IMG/VR virus record: IMGVR_UViG_3300009011_000002
Span: 162,774-226,773 of that record
Strand: one strand, 5' to 3'
Length of the DNA stretch: 64,000 bases
Shown: one piece after another, positions 27,242 to 36,754 of the stretch
How positions within the stretch are numbered: position 1 is the stretch's first letter
Layout: each line of letters begins with the position of its first letter
Made by a program: the position numbers and the translations under genes
Notes under the pieces: model-generated
What the model was told of the DNA's origin: nothing
The model's input: only the letters and a program-made list of their open reading frames with translations
Databases searched by the model: none

Positions 27242-30200
27242 TCAAGGGAGCATTTCAGTCGAACGCAGCCATGGGATCTGGCCTTCGTCGTTAATGAGAC
27301 CCGACGACGCTGGAATGCTGTTACCACGCTTCACTTCAGACACTCGGTGGCCGTCTATTGCAAACACGTTGAAACGTTCTACCGAGATGATCTGACGATC
27401 GTTGGTGACAGCCCTGCCGACCCACAGTTGGAAGTTGGATTCCAACCGCTTATCTTCCGACACTTCGTACTTCGCTTCCCCGCCATCCATCAAGGCGTAA
27501 ATGTAGAACGTCTTGTTGGCAGGGGTCGGGTTGATATCGCGCAAGTCGATGTTCCCCGTGGGCAGAGTATACAGCTTGCCGTTAAAGACCGCTGTCAGTG
27601 CTGCCGAGAAGTACAACACCCAACCTGTTGCAGGGTAGGTATGACCGTACAGGATCTCCTTGGTTGGCCCTTGGAACATGGTACCGGCACCACCCGTGGA
27701 CGTGCTATGGGCAATGGCGTACACCACACCGTCATCAGGTGCCACACACTTGTGGCGACCACCACCGCTTTGTCCAATGATGGTTATCCAAGTACTACCG
27801 TCTGTAGACCACCGCTTAGTGGTGCGGTCAAAGCTGAAGGTGCAGTACGACACCAACCCGTCACCTGGACCCGACGCATAGATAGCCGGGTCAAAGAATC
27901 CGGTGACTGTGTTACCGTCCACATGGAACCCGGCACGTTGCGTACCGTGGGTGGAGTTCGGGTTGCTGTTGCCCCACAGTGCGGCGTCCCAGTAAGTGCT
28001 GGTCAAAGAAACCGCGCAGTTCTCGAATATGGCGTGCATCTTGTCCAGAACAGTGAACCCAGTTACCGTACGGTTGGTGGAGCCGGAGTAGATGGGGGTA
28101 ATACTCAGCAACGTCTCACGACGGTTAGTGGTCCCCACCTTGCCCCAACAAATTTGCACCAATACCGGGAGCCAACCGAACTTCGCGGTCAGAGGACCGT
28201 TAGGGTCACAGATCGACACGAACACACTTGGGCAAGCGTTCAACCCAGCCACATCGTCCACTTGCTGCTTGAGCAACGCCACGATAGCCGCGGGATACAA
28301 GATCGATCCCGTAGGAACAATGGTGATGGTCCCGTTGGTTTCGATCTTCCGGGTGTGTCCGGTCATGATCATGACGTCTTCAGGGTTGCTCCCCATAGGC
28401 CATGCACTGGCACCTGGCCACGCAGACAGGTCACACCAGCGTTTCTGGGTCCCAACACAAAACGCATTCTCCGCCAAGTCAATCCCGTACGTGCTCAACT
28501 GGGCTGTTGGGCAAGTAACACTGGCGGCGCCCACCCGAGGGTCTGCGTTGACCAGTCGAACGTCGTTACTCAGTGGGCGTGACAACACATTCGGGTAGAA
28601 CAAGTTGGTCACTTCCGAGCGCTGGGCCAAACGACCGTTACCCACTCGGTAGAACAGTTGCAAGTAGCCGAGGGTGTCTGGGTTTGGCGTGGTGTAGAAA
28701 TCACCGCCGTTACCCAAAATGAACGAACGTGGTTTGATGCTGGATTTCAACGGGCTGAGCACCGACTCCAGCACATCACTGATCTGGCTCATGGAACCCA
28801 GTTGAGTGTTCCACTGCCGGTTCATGGTATCATAGCGGGTCTTCCAGTCCTTGGGACGCCATATCACCGTACCCCGTGGGAATGACTGGTAAGTCCCATA
28901 AGACACCACAATAGAACCGTCTTCCAAAACAGTCCCGCCTTGGCAGTTATCTTGGAACACCAGGGCGTTCATGCTGATCGGCCCGATACTTGGTAGGTTG
29001 GTGTAATCCAGCGTGTACCGCGGGGTCTGGTACAACAACGTCATGACGTTGGTAGTTGGATCGAACTCATAGACCATTTCGATCATGAGCTCATAACCTG
29101 CCGTGAACTCCGGGATGGTGTACTTCGACCACCACGCACCTGTAAAGCGCAACAAAAACTTCCCAGGTTTACTCGGGATGGGTGAAACGTACGTTTGCTG
29201 TGAGCGGTAGCACCCCGTGCACGAGACGTTTTCCGTCTGCACAATGGGGAAGTACCACTTCAAGAAGGACGCCCCCAAACCGTTAGGATGAGGGATCGGA
29301 GTCCCCCAACGCCACACCGGGGAGTTGGTCCATTGCACACCCTCGCCGTCTTTAAAGGTCAGGTTAACCAATGCCGCAGTCACCGGCAATTGAGCTTCGA
29401 CGGTCGCCTTCGGTACCCGGCCAATGTAACGGTAGTTGAAACCACCCCCCACATCAGCAAGTTTGTTGCGGTACGGAGTAGCCATGATGATGTAGATCCA
29501 ATCCCCCACCAACACCACGTTGGTGTACTGGAGGAAAGAGATCATATCCGCACCCGCATTAACCGCAGGGGCAAACGCCGACATGTCCAGCTTACTGATC
29601 ACGTGTTTCGACGGGTTCAAGGATCCGTTGGTCAACCCAACATACCACTGGGCTTTACGGCTGTCGGCCACCAGGATGACTTCGCCACCACTGCCTTGTG
29701 CAATGAAGTTCGGGACAGTCCCGTCTGCTTCAAAACGTTGGTGGTTGTAGCGGTAACCGGTGTACTGCCGCTTGGGGTTGTCGTACGGGGTTTGGACCAC
29801 CGAGTAATACAGACCGTCCACACGACCGTCCATGCGGTTTTCCAAGAACACAAGCGAGCCATCGGTTTCCATGCAGATACCGGCGGTCTCGTACATCCCA
29901 CCCAGACCTTCAAACGAACCGTCAATCGATGGTGGAATGAAGTTGGTGTTACCGAAGCGGGAGATTGGCAGGGCGTTGGCTGGCAGGAACTCGTCGCTGT
30001 TAAAGCCGAAGTTGTCAATGATGGTCTTCAGGCCCGACACCGTAACGTGGAGATCGTTACGACCTTGCAGCAGAGTGTTACCCCGCGCTGTGGCAAAGTT
30101 GTCTACCTTCTCCAACCCGAAGTCTGCCGTCTTCAATCCGTGCGCGTTATACGCATTGATGTGGTTGTTCAAGAAGGTGGTCAACATCTTCTTGTTGAGT

Positions 30201-30775
30201 TTGAGGTAGTTGTTGAGCAGGTTGAGGTAGTGGTCTACCCGAATCTCGATCGGCTTACGCAGGCCCGACTCGGCGTATTGCAGGATGGTGTCCAAGCAAT
30301 CTACCACGTCCTGGAAGGCCACAATCGTGTACAGCAGGGAGTGACCATGCACCGGCGGTGGGAAGACGATCGGTTTGTCAGTGAGATTATCCCAATGAAC
30401 AGGACGGTCGTCATTCGCAGCGGCGTCAATCAGTTGGAGCATCGACGCGTCAATCAGCGAGAATTCACCCACTACCTTGTACGACACCAACACGTCTTTG
30501 ATGTCGGTATCGATCATTTCGATGGTGCAGGAAACTTCCTTACCTGCCAGCGCAGTCAGACGTGACATCAAGGTGTAGATGCGGTAGTGAACATCCGGGA
30601 CGAGTGGACTCCCATTGGCCGCTTTCAGTTCGAGGCTATCGACGAAGAAAGGTGCATGGCGTGGAGTCCAAACGATCAACCCCTCGGTGAGTTCCTTGGG
30701 TTCATCGAGAACGTTGTTATCCGGATTGATCCCGCGGATGCTCGTCTGGTATTCACGAACAATGGGAAATTGCAT
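27242..30775 (-). CDS. tail fibre protein (paralog 1)
   Basis: 1177 aa, collinear with 23580-27173. Confidence 0.8.
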   Translation of the reverse strand: MQFPIVREYQTSIRGINPDNNVLDEPKELTEGLIVWTPRHAPFFVDSLELKAANGSPLVPDVHYRIYTLMSRLTALAGKEVSCTIEMIDTDIKDVLVSYKVVGEFSLIDASMLQLIDAAANDDRPVHWDNLTDKPIVFPPPVHGHSLLYTIVAFQDVVDCLDTILQYAESGLRKPIEIRVDHYLNLLNNYLKLNKKMLTTFLNNHINAYNAHGLKTADFGLEKVDNFATARGNTLLQGRNDLHVTVSGLKTIIDNFGFNSDEFLPANALPISRFGNTNFIPPSIDGSFEGLGGMYETAGICMETDGSLVFLENRMDGRVDGLYYSVVQTPYDNPKRQYTGYRYNHQRFEADGTVPNFIAQGSGGEVILVADSRKAQWYVGLTNGSLNPSKHVISKLDMSAFAPAVNAGADMISFLQYTNVVLVGDWIYIIMATPYRNKLADVGGGFNYRYIGRVPKATVEAQLPVTAALVNLTFKDGEGVQWTNSPVWRWGTPIPHPNGLGASFLKWYFPIVQTENVSCTGCYRSQQTYVSPIPSKPGKFLLRFTGAWWSKYTIPEFTAGYELMIEMVYEFDPTTNVMTLLYQTPRYTLDYTNLPSIGPISMNALVFQDNCQGGTVLEDGSIVVSYGTYQSFPRGTVIWRPKDWKTRYDTMNRQWNTQLGSMSQISDVLESVLSPLKSSIKPRSFILGNGGDFYTTPNPDTLGYLQLFYRVGNGRLAQRSEVTNLFYPNVLSRPLSNDVRLVNADPRVGAASVTCPTAQLSTYGIDLAENAFCVGTQKRWCDLSAWPGASAWPMGSNPEDVMIMTGHTRKIETNGTITIVPTGSILYPAAIVALLKQQVDDVAGLNACPSVFVSICDPNGPLTAKFGWLPVLVQICWGKVGTTNRRETLLSITPIYSGSTNRTVTGFTVLDKMHAIFENCAVSLTSTYWDAALWGNSNPNSTHGTQRAGFHVDGNTVTGFFDPAIYASGPGDGLVSYCTFSFDRTTKRWSTDGSTWITIIGQSGGGRHKCVAPDDGVVYAIAHSTSTGGAGTMFQGPTKEILYGHTYPATGWVLYFSAALTAVFNGKLYTLPTGNIDLRDINPTPANKTFYIYALMDGGEAKYEVSEDKRLESNFQLWVGRAVTNDRQIISVERFNVFAIDGHRVSEVKRGNSIPASSGLINDEGQIPWLRSTEMLP

Positions 30776-30787
30776 AACCCGATTCCT

Positions 30788-31534
30788 TTAGTTGATGTTC
30801 AGGGTACCGTTTGCCATGCGACGGAAGGCTTCCTTCATGACGCTCAGCGGCACCAGCTTGTTGCCACTGTTGGCGTCCAGGTCGTCGACGGTAGCGGCTG
30901 ACATGTTCGGGGTCAGCCCCAGGCCGAAGTCATCAGCCGTGGCGGCGTGTGCCTGGATAAGATCCTTGGCGATGTGCTCTTCGAACAAAGCCCGGATGTC
31001 GGTAGCACCCTGTGCTTGTGTGACCACCAGCAGCAACGACTTGAACTGGGTGATGAACTCCAGGTAGTCATAGGTCTGAGCAGCTGGGTGTGGGTGTGGG
31101 TCTTGCGGAAAGGTCGATGGGATGGTAACCCCATCCAGATCTTCCCACGACGCGATACGCGGCTGGGTCAGGATGTTGATGACCAGTTCAGCGAACGCCA
31201 CCTCGTCCAGTACGAATGGACCACCGATGGTGTCGTAGCCGATGTTGATCACCTTGTTGGTGAAGTCTTTCAGCAGAACGACGGAACCGAAGGCGTTGCG
31301 TTTGTAGGTGGTGATAAAGCCATCGAACGGGTGGGCAAAGGCGTAGTCTTCACCCAACTTCAGGTCGCTGGTAGCGCCGGCTACACGAATGCTGAAGTTC
31401 TTGCTGTAGAACGGAGCGGCACGAGGAACGAATTCACGACGGGTGGAAACAGCAGAAGTCTTGAGGACTTCGGTGGCAATACGGCAATCGATACGTTCCT
31501 GGAAGGGGTTCCATTCGTAGACAACGTTGGCCAT
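30788..31534 (-). CDS. virion protein, N-terminal-module-only tail fibre paralog
   Basis: FVPRAAPFY, Y.TIGG.F, W..L...P..FP...H.H motifs match the fibre N-termini; AGGAG RBS. Confidence 0.75.
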   Translation of the reverse strand: MANVVYEWNPFQERIDCRIATEVLKTSAVSTRREFVPRAAPFYSKNFSIRVAGATSDLKLGEDYAFAHPFDGFITTYKRNAFGSVVLLKDFTNKVINIGYDTIGGPFVLDEVAFAELVINILTQPRIASWEDLDGVTIPSTFPQDPHPHPAAQTYDYLEFITQFKSLLLVVTQAQGATDIRALFEEHIAKDLIQAHAATADDFGLGLTPNMSAATVDDLDANSGNKLVPLSVMKEAFRRMANGTLNIN

Positions 31535-31652
31535 GATAGACTCCTGTTGAGTAAAAAGGGCATCTTATGACCTGCCCTGCATAGTGATTCCTAAGCCTAT
31601 AGAAGCCTATAGGCCTGGGATTTTTCATAGAATCGAAAGGAGTAAATCCCTT

Positions 31653-32882
31653 ATGTACACTTACAAAAGGGCAGTTGGGATCAGCCAACTCGACCCTAAG
31701 GGGGAAGAACTTGTAGACATCAGTGCTATCCCCGCGAAGGACCTTTTCACCCAATTCAGCTCGCTGATCATCGTGGTAACCGATGGGTTGATCTCTCAGG
31801 ATGTCGCCATTGACTTGGCCACGTACCGGGGTGAACTGGCCACGTACACCGGTGTAATCCAAGCTTGGCTCAACACCAAAGCCACGGTTGTGTTGAAAAC
31901 ATCGAATACACTGCCGGGGAGTGAGTACCGTTTCGTGACCTCCCACGACATTCAGTACGAATGGTTCAGCTTGCTGCCTGGGGACGCCTCATTGGGCGAT
32001 GACCGGCAAGACAAGTTGGATGTTCACGGTGCACCTGATGTTCGGGTACGCAAGACAGACAACACCACGGTCGATTACCAAGCGCTGGTCGACAACGCAC
32101 TGTGGACCTACAACGGACACCTGTGCCGTGCGGTGAAAGGGGACAACTGCATTCTCCTGCTCAACGCCGGTAAGCACTTCCATGTGGCTGACCACGGCCA
32201 TGTGAACTGCTTGAACTTCAACACCGTCTCCAAGCTGAAGACCTACGGCATCCAAGTCGGGGACCTTCAGTATGAAGACAAAGGAACTTACCAGTTCCTG
32301 CACTATAAAGCCCCAGTCTCGCTCGTTGGCAAAACCGTATGGATGTCGATCGGTGGGCGGTTGTTCTTTGACGATGTGGTTCAGGTCAAGGGTAACAAGG
32401 GCATCACTATCCGCACGGATCGGGTTAACTGGCCAATGAGAATCTTTGATTCGAAGGAAGTCATTGACCTGTCCAGCGTGATTGACAAGGAACGTCAAGT
32501 TGTACCGAGCGGCTTCTTTACCACGGAGTCGTTCTTCAAGGCCCTGCTTACGGACCCGTCGTCTTTCCTCATCGTGTTGGATAATCCCAACTTGTATGTG
32601 GATGTGAAGCCCATCACGACCTACAACCATCCGTTTACGTATCACACCGCCGAACAGCGGAAGATACCGTTAATGACTGGCGGTGGGTTACTCCCTAAGT
32701 TCTACACCAGAAGGATCATCAACCGCCGACTACTCGACATCGACCTCGGTGTCAAAACCCGCTACGTCAACAACCCGGCTGGTCCGTTGAACGAGGGCAA
32801 CCTCTATCACACGTTCACCAACCGTTTCCGCCCCAGTGACTACCACACGGGGTATCAACTCTACATTCGCGGTGTCTTCTAG
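31653..32882 (+). CDS. virion structural protein (phiKZ gp130-like position)
   Basis: Start moved to MYTYKR (AAGGAG RBS); about 410 aa; divergent from the fibre cluster. Confidence 0.7.
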   Translation: MYTYKRAVGISQLDPKGEELVDISAIPAKDLFTQFSSLIIVVTDGLISQDVAIDLATYRGELATYTGVIQAWLNTKATVVLKTSNTLPGSEYRFVTSHDIQYEWFSLLPGDASLGDDRQDKLDVHGAPDVRVRKTDNTTVDYQALVDNALWTYNGHLCRAVKGDNCILLLNAGKHFHVADHGHVNCLNFNTVSKLKTYGIQVGDLQYEDKGTYQFLHYKAPVSLVGKTVWMSIGGRLFFDDVVQVKGNKGITIRTDRVNWPMRIFDSKEVIDLSSVIDKERQVVPSGFFTTESFFKALLTDPSSFLIVLDNPNLYVDVKPITTYNHPFTYHTAEQRKIPLMTGGGLLPKFYTRRIINRRLLDIDLGVKTRYVNNPAGPLNEGNLYHTFTNRFRPSDYHTGYQLYIRGVF

Positions 32883-32894
32883 AGGGTTAAGCCC

Positions 32895-33479
32895 ATGGGC
32901 GAAAAAATCCGCGGTCTGTTCTTTACCGACCGTTTAAGGAGCTTGGTGTCAACCATCATGCTCATCCTCATCTTCGGGGCTATCTTAGTCTCGTGGATGT
33001 ATCCCAAGACCCCTAAAGCAGAGATCGACCCCAAGTCGATTGAGCTGTTTGAAAAGGTCGCGGACAAACTCGAACGGGCAGCTAACACGTTCGAACAACA
33101 GGGCAATAACACCGCTGCCCTTAACGAGACCCTGAAACGGCAATTGGACCTTCAGGATCAGCAAAGGACTATCGCTTATGACGTGCTCTACAAACGTTGG
33201 GGGATTGACCCCGCGGGCCCTCCTCCGGGCGAAGTTGGCTTCTCTGATAATGCCCCGCCTGCACATTCCCCTGTTACTGTTCCTGGTATGCATACTCGTC
33301 AGCGGCTGCAGCCACCAGACGACCATCTCCGAGGCGAGTACGTACCTCCAAGCGAAAGCACTGGAGGTCGAAATTACCAGCTACAAGAACCAGCTGCAAC
33401 TCACCAAGAAACGTTTGGTAGAAGTGATACCCGAGTTCCAGGAGGTAACTCCGCTACCACCGACCGCACGGGTGGGTGA
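32895..33479 (+). CDS. putative i-spanin (Rz-like)
   Basis: Single N-terminal TM (LVSTIMLILIFGAILVSWMY), coiled coil, Pro-rich tail overlapped by a lipoprotein gene. Confidence 0.65.
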   Translation: MGEKIRGLFFTDRLRSLVSTIMLILIFGAILVSWMYPKTPKAEIDPKSIELFEKVADKLERAANTFEQQGNNTAALNETLKRQLDLQDQQRTIAYDVLYKRWGIDPAGPPPGEVGFSDNAPPAHSPVTVPGMHTRQRLQPPDDHLRGEYVPPSESTGGRNYQLQEPAATHQETFGRSDTRVPGGNSATTDRTGG

Positions 33480-33705
33480 GCTGGCCAACTTCTTGGAGAA
33501 CAACGACTGCGAAAAGGTCGAGAACAAGAAGTACTGTTATCAGCTTACCCGCTACAGGCTTATCCAGGTAACGCAGATGTTGGATGAGGCGTCTGCGGAA
33601 AATTGGGCTGCGAAGCTCACGATCCGACAACTACAGGATAACGTCAGTGTCATCATTGACGGGTTGGGTCAACGTGAGAAAGAAGTAACCGCACCCAAGC
33701 AGTGA
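33250..33705 (+). CDS. putative o-spanin lipoprotein (Rz1-like)
   Basis: MPRLHIPLLLFLVCILVSG-C lipobox; +1 frame overlap of 230 nt with the upstream gene. Confidence 0.7.
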   Translation: MPRLHIPLLLFLVCILVSGCSHQTTISEASTYLQAKALEVEITSYKNQLQLTKKRLVEVIPEFQEVTPLPPTARVGELANFLENNDCEKVENKKYCYQLTRYRLIQVTQMLDEASAENWAAKLTIRQLQDNVSVIIDGLGQREKEVTAPKQ

Positions 33706-33732
33706 GCAATAATCGGGACGAAGCAGACATAA

Positions 33733-33766
33733 CCCCCCTACGAGCCCAGGACAGGCTCGTAGGGGG
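33733..33766. terminator. hairpin at a convergent junction
   Basis: CCCCCTACGAGCC...GGCTCGTAGGGGG. Confidence 0.75.
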
Positions 33767-33792
33767 ATGTTTACGTATGGCCGCTACCTGAC

Positions 33793-34167
33793 TTACTCGA
33801 CCTTGTCTTTCGGCGCAATAGCGCTTGCTACGCGTCTCCTGACACTGTCACCGATCCCTTCCGTCTGGAGGATGGTAGAGATGGTTTTGCTGGAGCCCAT
33901 GAAAGTCCATACCACAACAATCGGACCCACGTTGGCAATCAGCATGATCCACATGTCAGGCCAGCCACCACCACCCTTGATCGAGACGTGGGTGCTGTAG
34001 GCGTTCATGGCTGCAATGAGGCAAGTGGTGATAGCTGCCAAGAACCCACCGATGTTGCGCAGGATGATGGTCCACTTACCGTAGATCTCACGTTCGATCC
34101 CTCCCGACTGTGCAAGCGCGGGTACTTCTTCTGGGGGAGGATCACCCCCTAGTCCTTCAGTTGCCAT
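33793..34167 (-). CDS. putative holin-like membrane protein
   Basis: Start MATEG (GGAG RBS); two hydrophobic helices, basic C-terminus VRRRV; faces the spanin pair. Confidence 0.5.
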   Translation of the reverse strand: MATEGLGGDPPPEEVPALAQSGGIEREIYGKWTIILRNIGGFLAAITTCLIAAMNAYSTHVSIKGGGGWPDMWIMLIANVGPIVVVWTFMGSSKTISTILQTEGIGDSVRRRVASAIAPKDKVE

Positions 34168-34750
34168 CGAAGACTCCATAATGTTTGGCCAAGCATTCTG
34201 CTCGGTACAGGCACACCGCGCCAGCATCGACAGTGTGTTCGTCACAGTCGTCGAGGATAAACCCGTTGGCATTGAGGTGTGGGTACTTCAGCAGACCGAT
34301 CTTGACATCTTCCTTTTGGCTGCCCTTGAAGTTCGCCCCCACAATGGCTTTCGCCGGGTTGGGTAAAACAAAGGACAGGTGGATGTTGTTTTCAACAAAC
34401 GCTTCCCGTACCTGGCTCATGAACATCACCAGTTGCTTGAACGTCAGCGCACTGGCCCCGAGGTAGTTGTCTTCACAAATACCAGCGTCGGGTTTCAGTT
34501 GTTCAACGAGCAGGGAAAGCGAACGCTTGAGACCATACCCGCGAGCCATTACGCCAGTCTCGTTGGTATCGTCGAATTGCACAGGAACGTCGTAGGTGAC
34601 CTTATCCCCATAAATGGTGTTGGCGTACACCAGCTCGAAAGGAGCCTTCTCGTGGAGACACACGTCTACGACGAACACCCCCATGTTGGTAGTCGAAGGG
34701 TCAATACCCATGACCCTCGCTACTTGGGGGACTTTTACGTCCTCAGGCAT
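34157..34750 (-). CDS. ruvC: RuvC-like Holliday junction resolvase
   Basis: MGIDPS, ICED, P..AK..VG.....KEDV, DEHTVDA acidic catalytic motifs. Confidence 0.88.
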   Translation of the reverse strand: MPEDVKVPQVARVMGIDPSTTNMGVFVVDVCLHEKAPFELVYANTIYGDKVTYDVPVQFDDTNETGVMARGYGLKRSLSLLVEQLKPDAGICEDNYLGASALTFKQLVMFMSQVREAFVENNIHLSFVLPNPAKAIVGANFKGSQKEDVKIGLLKYPHLNANGFILDDCDEHTVDAGAVCLYRAECLAKHYGVFDGN

Positions 34751-35376
34751 AGATACCCTTTCTTCGAGCCGTGGTTGATCTGAATAATCGCAACCATTGG
34801 GGAGTAGTCCATCAAGAACCCATCAGGGGCTTCCATGGACCAACCTTTGAACACCAGGGTGAAACCACCAGCGCACAGATCCCCGAGTGTACCGGAAACC
34901 CATTTGCCCATGACTTGTTGACTGTTCAATAGGGTCGCCAGTTTGAAAGCAACCGAATTGTCAGTACCCTCGACAGGGTAGGTCTCACCGTTCCCCAAGG
35001 CATCCAAGAATGTCAGTTCTTCCTCGGAGTGGAGTTGGACAGGATCCGTCAGCCACTCGTTGTACTGCGACGGTTGGAAGATGGGGTTGGTGAGGTTCCA
35101 GACGGTGTCTTCTTCGCCTTGCTCCTCTTCTTCAGGGGCTTTACCCACTGTAGTCGATTTGTTAACGAAGGTGACGATCACCTCATTGGTGTCCGGGTCC
35201 AGCAACTCGAGGGTCAGCTGCCCTTCACCGTTGAGGAACGTCTGGGTCTCTTGAAACGCACTCGCCTCCAGCTCAGACTGGTAGAAAGTGTTGGCCAGCA
35301 CAATTGCTTCACTGGCCAGAGTCCCTTCCTTCAACGGCAGGTGGGGTGTCCCTTTCAACAGTGCAGGGATTTCCAT
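34735..35376 (-). CDS. hypothetical protein in the virion module
   Basis: 213 aa, AAGGAGG RBS. Confidence 0.75.
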   Translation of the reverse strand: MEIPALLKGTPHLPLKEGTLASEAIVLANTFYQSELEASAFQETQTFLNGEGQLTLELLDPDTNEVIVTFVNKSTTVGKAPEEEEQGEEDTVWNLTNPIFQPSQYNEWLTDPVQLHSEEELTFLDALGNGETYPVEGTDNSVAFKLATLLNSQQVMGKWVSGTLGDLCAGGFTLVFKGWSMEAPDGFLMDYSPMVAIIQINHGSKKGYLCLRT

Positions 35377-35385
35377 ACCGCCTCC

Positions 35386-36318
35386 TTACGAAGCAATCGC
35401 AGTCGAACCTGCGTGCAGGAGCATCGCTTCGGATGCACCGTGGTCGAACCCAAGCTTCACGCCGACGTTGTTCAGCATGGAGCGGGCGTCGCGTTCAGTG
35501 ATGTAGTGAGCCACCACCGCCGACAGGACTTCGGTGTAACGCACGACCTGGCCTTGGCCCACTGCACCGTCGGTCTGGGTATCGATACCCCAGATGAGAG
35601 CAGTTTCCGATATTGCGGCCAGGCTCGCATCACCGTACAGGATACGGCAAGCGTCAGCGCATTCCAGCAGGTCAGCAGTGGTCAGCGAGCAGTCGAGGAT
35701 CGCCGAGCTGTTGATGTAGACGTTGCTGACCGGTACCGAACCTTCGCTGGTGAAGTCCAACGGTTGCGGGTTCATCAGGTCGTCCTTCACGGGCACGTAC
35801 TTGACCGGGGTCTCGTTGCCTGCGCTGTCGCGAGTGATTTTGTTCACCGACGGCGCGTAGTTCAGGAAGCTGATGAGCTTGATGTAGTAGAACGCGTAGG
35901 CCACGCCGCCGACGTCCTTGACCACACGCATGCGGTACTTCGCACGGTTGACGTTGTCGAGGTCGTTGGCAATCGGGCGGCAGATGAACGGGATCGGCGA
36001 GAACAGGTTGCCGTCGATCGGTTGGTGCTGGTTGACCTTCAGCTTGGTACCACCCAGTACGTTGGTGCCGTTGGCGTCGAAACCGCGGATACCGATGGAG
36101 AAGTACTTGAGGGTGTAGTCACCGCCATTGCGCAGACCGATGGACTGGGCTGCCAGGATGTTGTACGCCTCGTTGAGGGTGGTGTACTGTGGCAGGGTGA
36201 ACTGCTGACGGGTGGCCAGGCATTTGGCGATCAGGTTGCCGTAAGGGGTGTTGGTAACCGCCTGCGTGGGAACCTCGGAACGGTTCGAATCGTTTTGTTC
36301 AGCGTTGGTGAGAGCCAT
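35386..36318 (-). CDS. virion structural protein (baseplate region)
   Basis: 310 aa, strongly GC3-biased codons; LF.PIPF..R....DL....R..YR and YY.K patterns typical of baseplate wedge-type proteins. Confidence 0.7.
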   Translation of the reverse strand: MALTNAEQNDSNRSEVPTQAVTNTPYGNLIAKCLATRQQFTLPQYTTLNEAYNILAAQSIGLRNGGDYTLKYFSIGIRGFDANGTNVLGGTKLKVNQHQPIDGNLFSPIPFICRPIANDLDNVNRAKYRMRVVKDVGGVAYAFYYIKLISFLNYAPSVNKITRDSAGNETPVKYVPVKDDLMNPQPLDFTSEGSVPVSNVYINSSAILDCSLTTADLLECADACRILYGDASLAAISETALIWGIDTQTDGAVGQGQVVRYTEVLSAVVAHYITERDARSMLNNVGVKLGFDHGASEAMLLHAGSTAIAS

Positions 36319-36331
36319 GGTCTAGGAATCC

Positions 36332-36754
36332 CTATAGACGGTTGAGCTGGAAGCTGTTAGCGAAGCGCATAGAATCCGGTGAGATAATGACCGTCAAGGT
36401 CTTCTCTTCCCGCACCAACGCACTGATGTCAGTATCAATGAGGTGGTGACCAGTAATCCGGTGGACCCAGTCTGCGATCATGGATTTGTTGTGCTGTGCG
36501 TCGAAGTCGTTGCGGTACGTAGCCGGGATGTCCAAGCTACGCAGGTTGCTCAACCCCGACAAATTAACTTTAGGGTGGATGTAGTAGTCATTATCCCCGT
36601 TGGGGTGTTCGACCAGGAAACAGTGCTCGTCGGTAGCGCGGCTGTAAGAAGCCCAGGTGATACTGATCGAACTCTCATCAGTAATCATCCGGTCTTCACA
36701 GAAGCGTTTACGAACCAAATTGATTTCCCGGTAGTCTGTAAAACGACGACCCAT
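36332..36754 (-). CDS. hypothetical protein
   Basis: 140 aa, coupled. Confidence 0.7.
   Translation of the reverse strand: MGRRFTDYREINLVRKRFCEDRMITDESSISITWASYSRATDEHCFLVEHPNGDNDYYIHPKVNLSGLSNLRSLDIPATYRNDFDAQHNKSMIADWVHRITGHHLIDTDISALVREEKTLTVIISPDSMRFANSFQLNRL

Noticed and set aside
23580-30775. Possible diversity-generating retroelement or invertible fibre cassette
   Set aside because: No reverse transcriptase, recombinase or near-identical template/variable repeat seen; similarity is at protein level only
34157-34750. RuvC as a TnpB/Cas12-like or transposon nuclease
   Set aside because: 197-aa stand-alone resolvase layout; no zinc finger, array or IS ends
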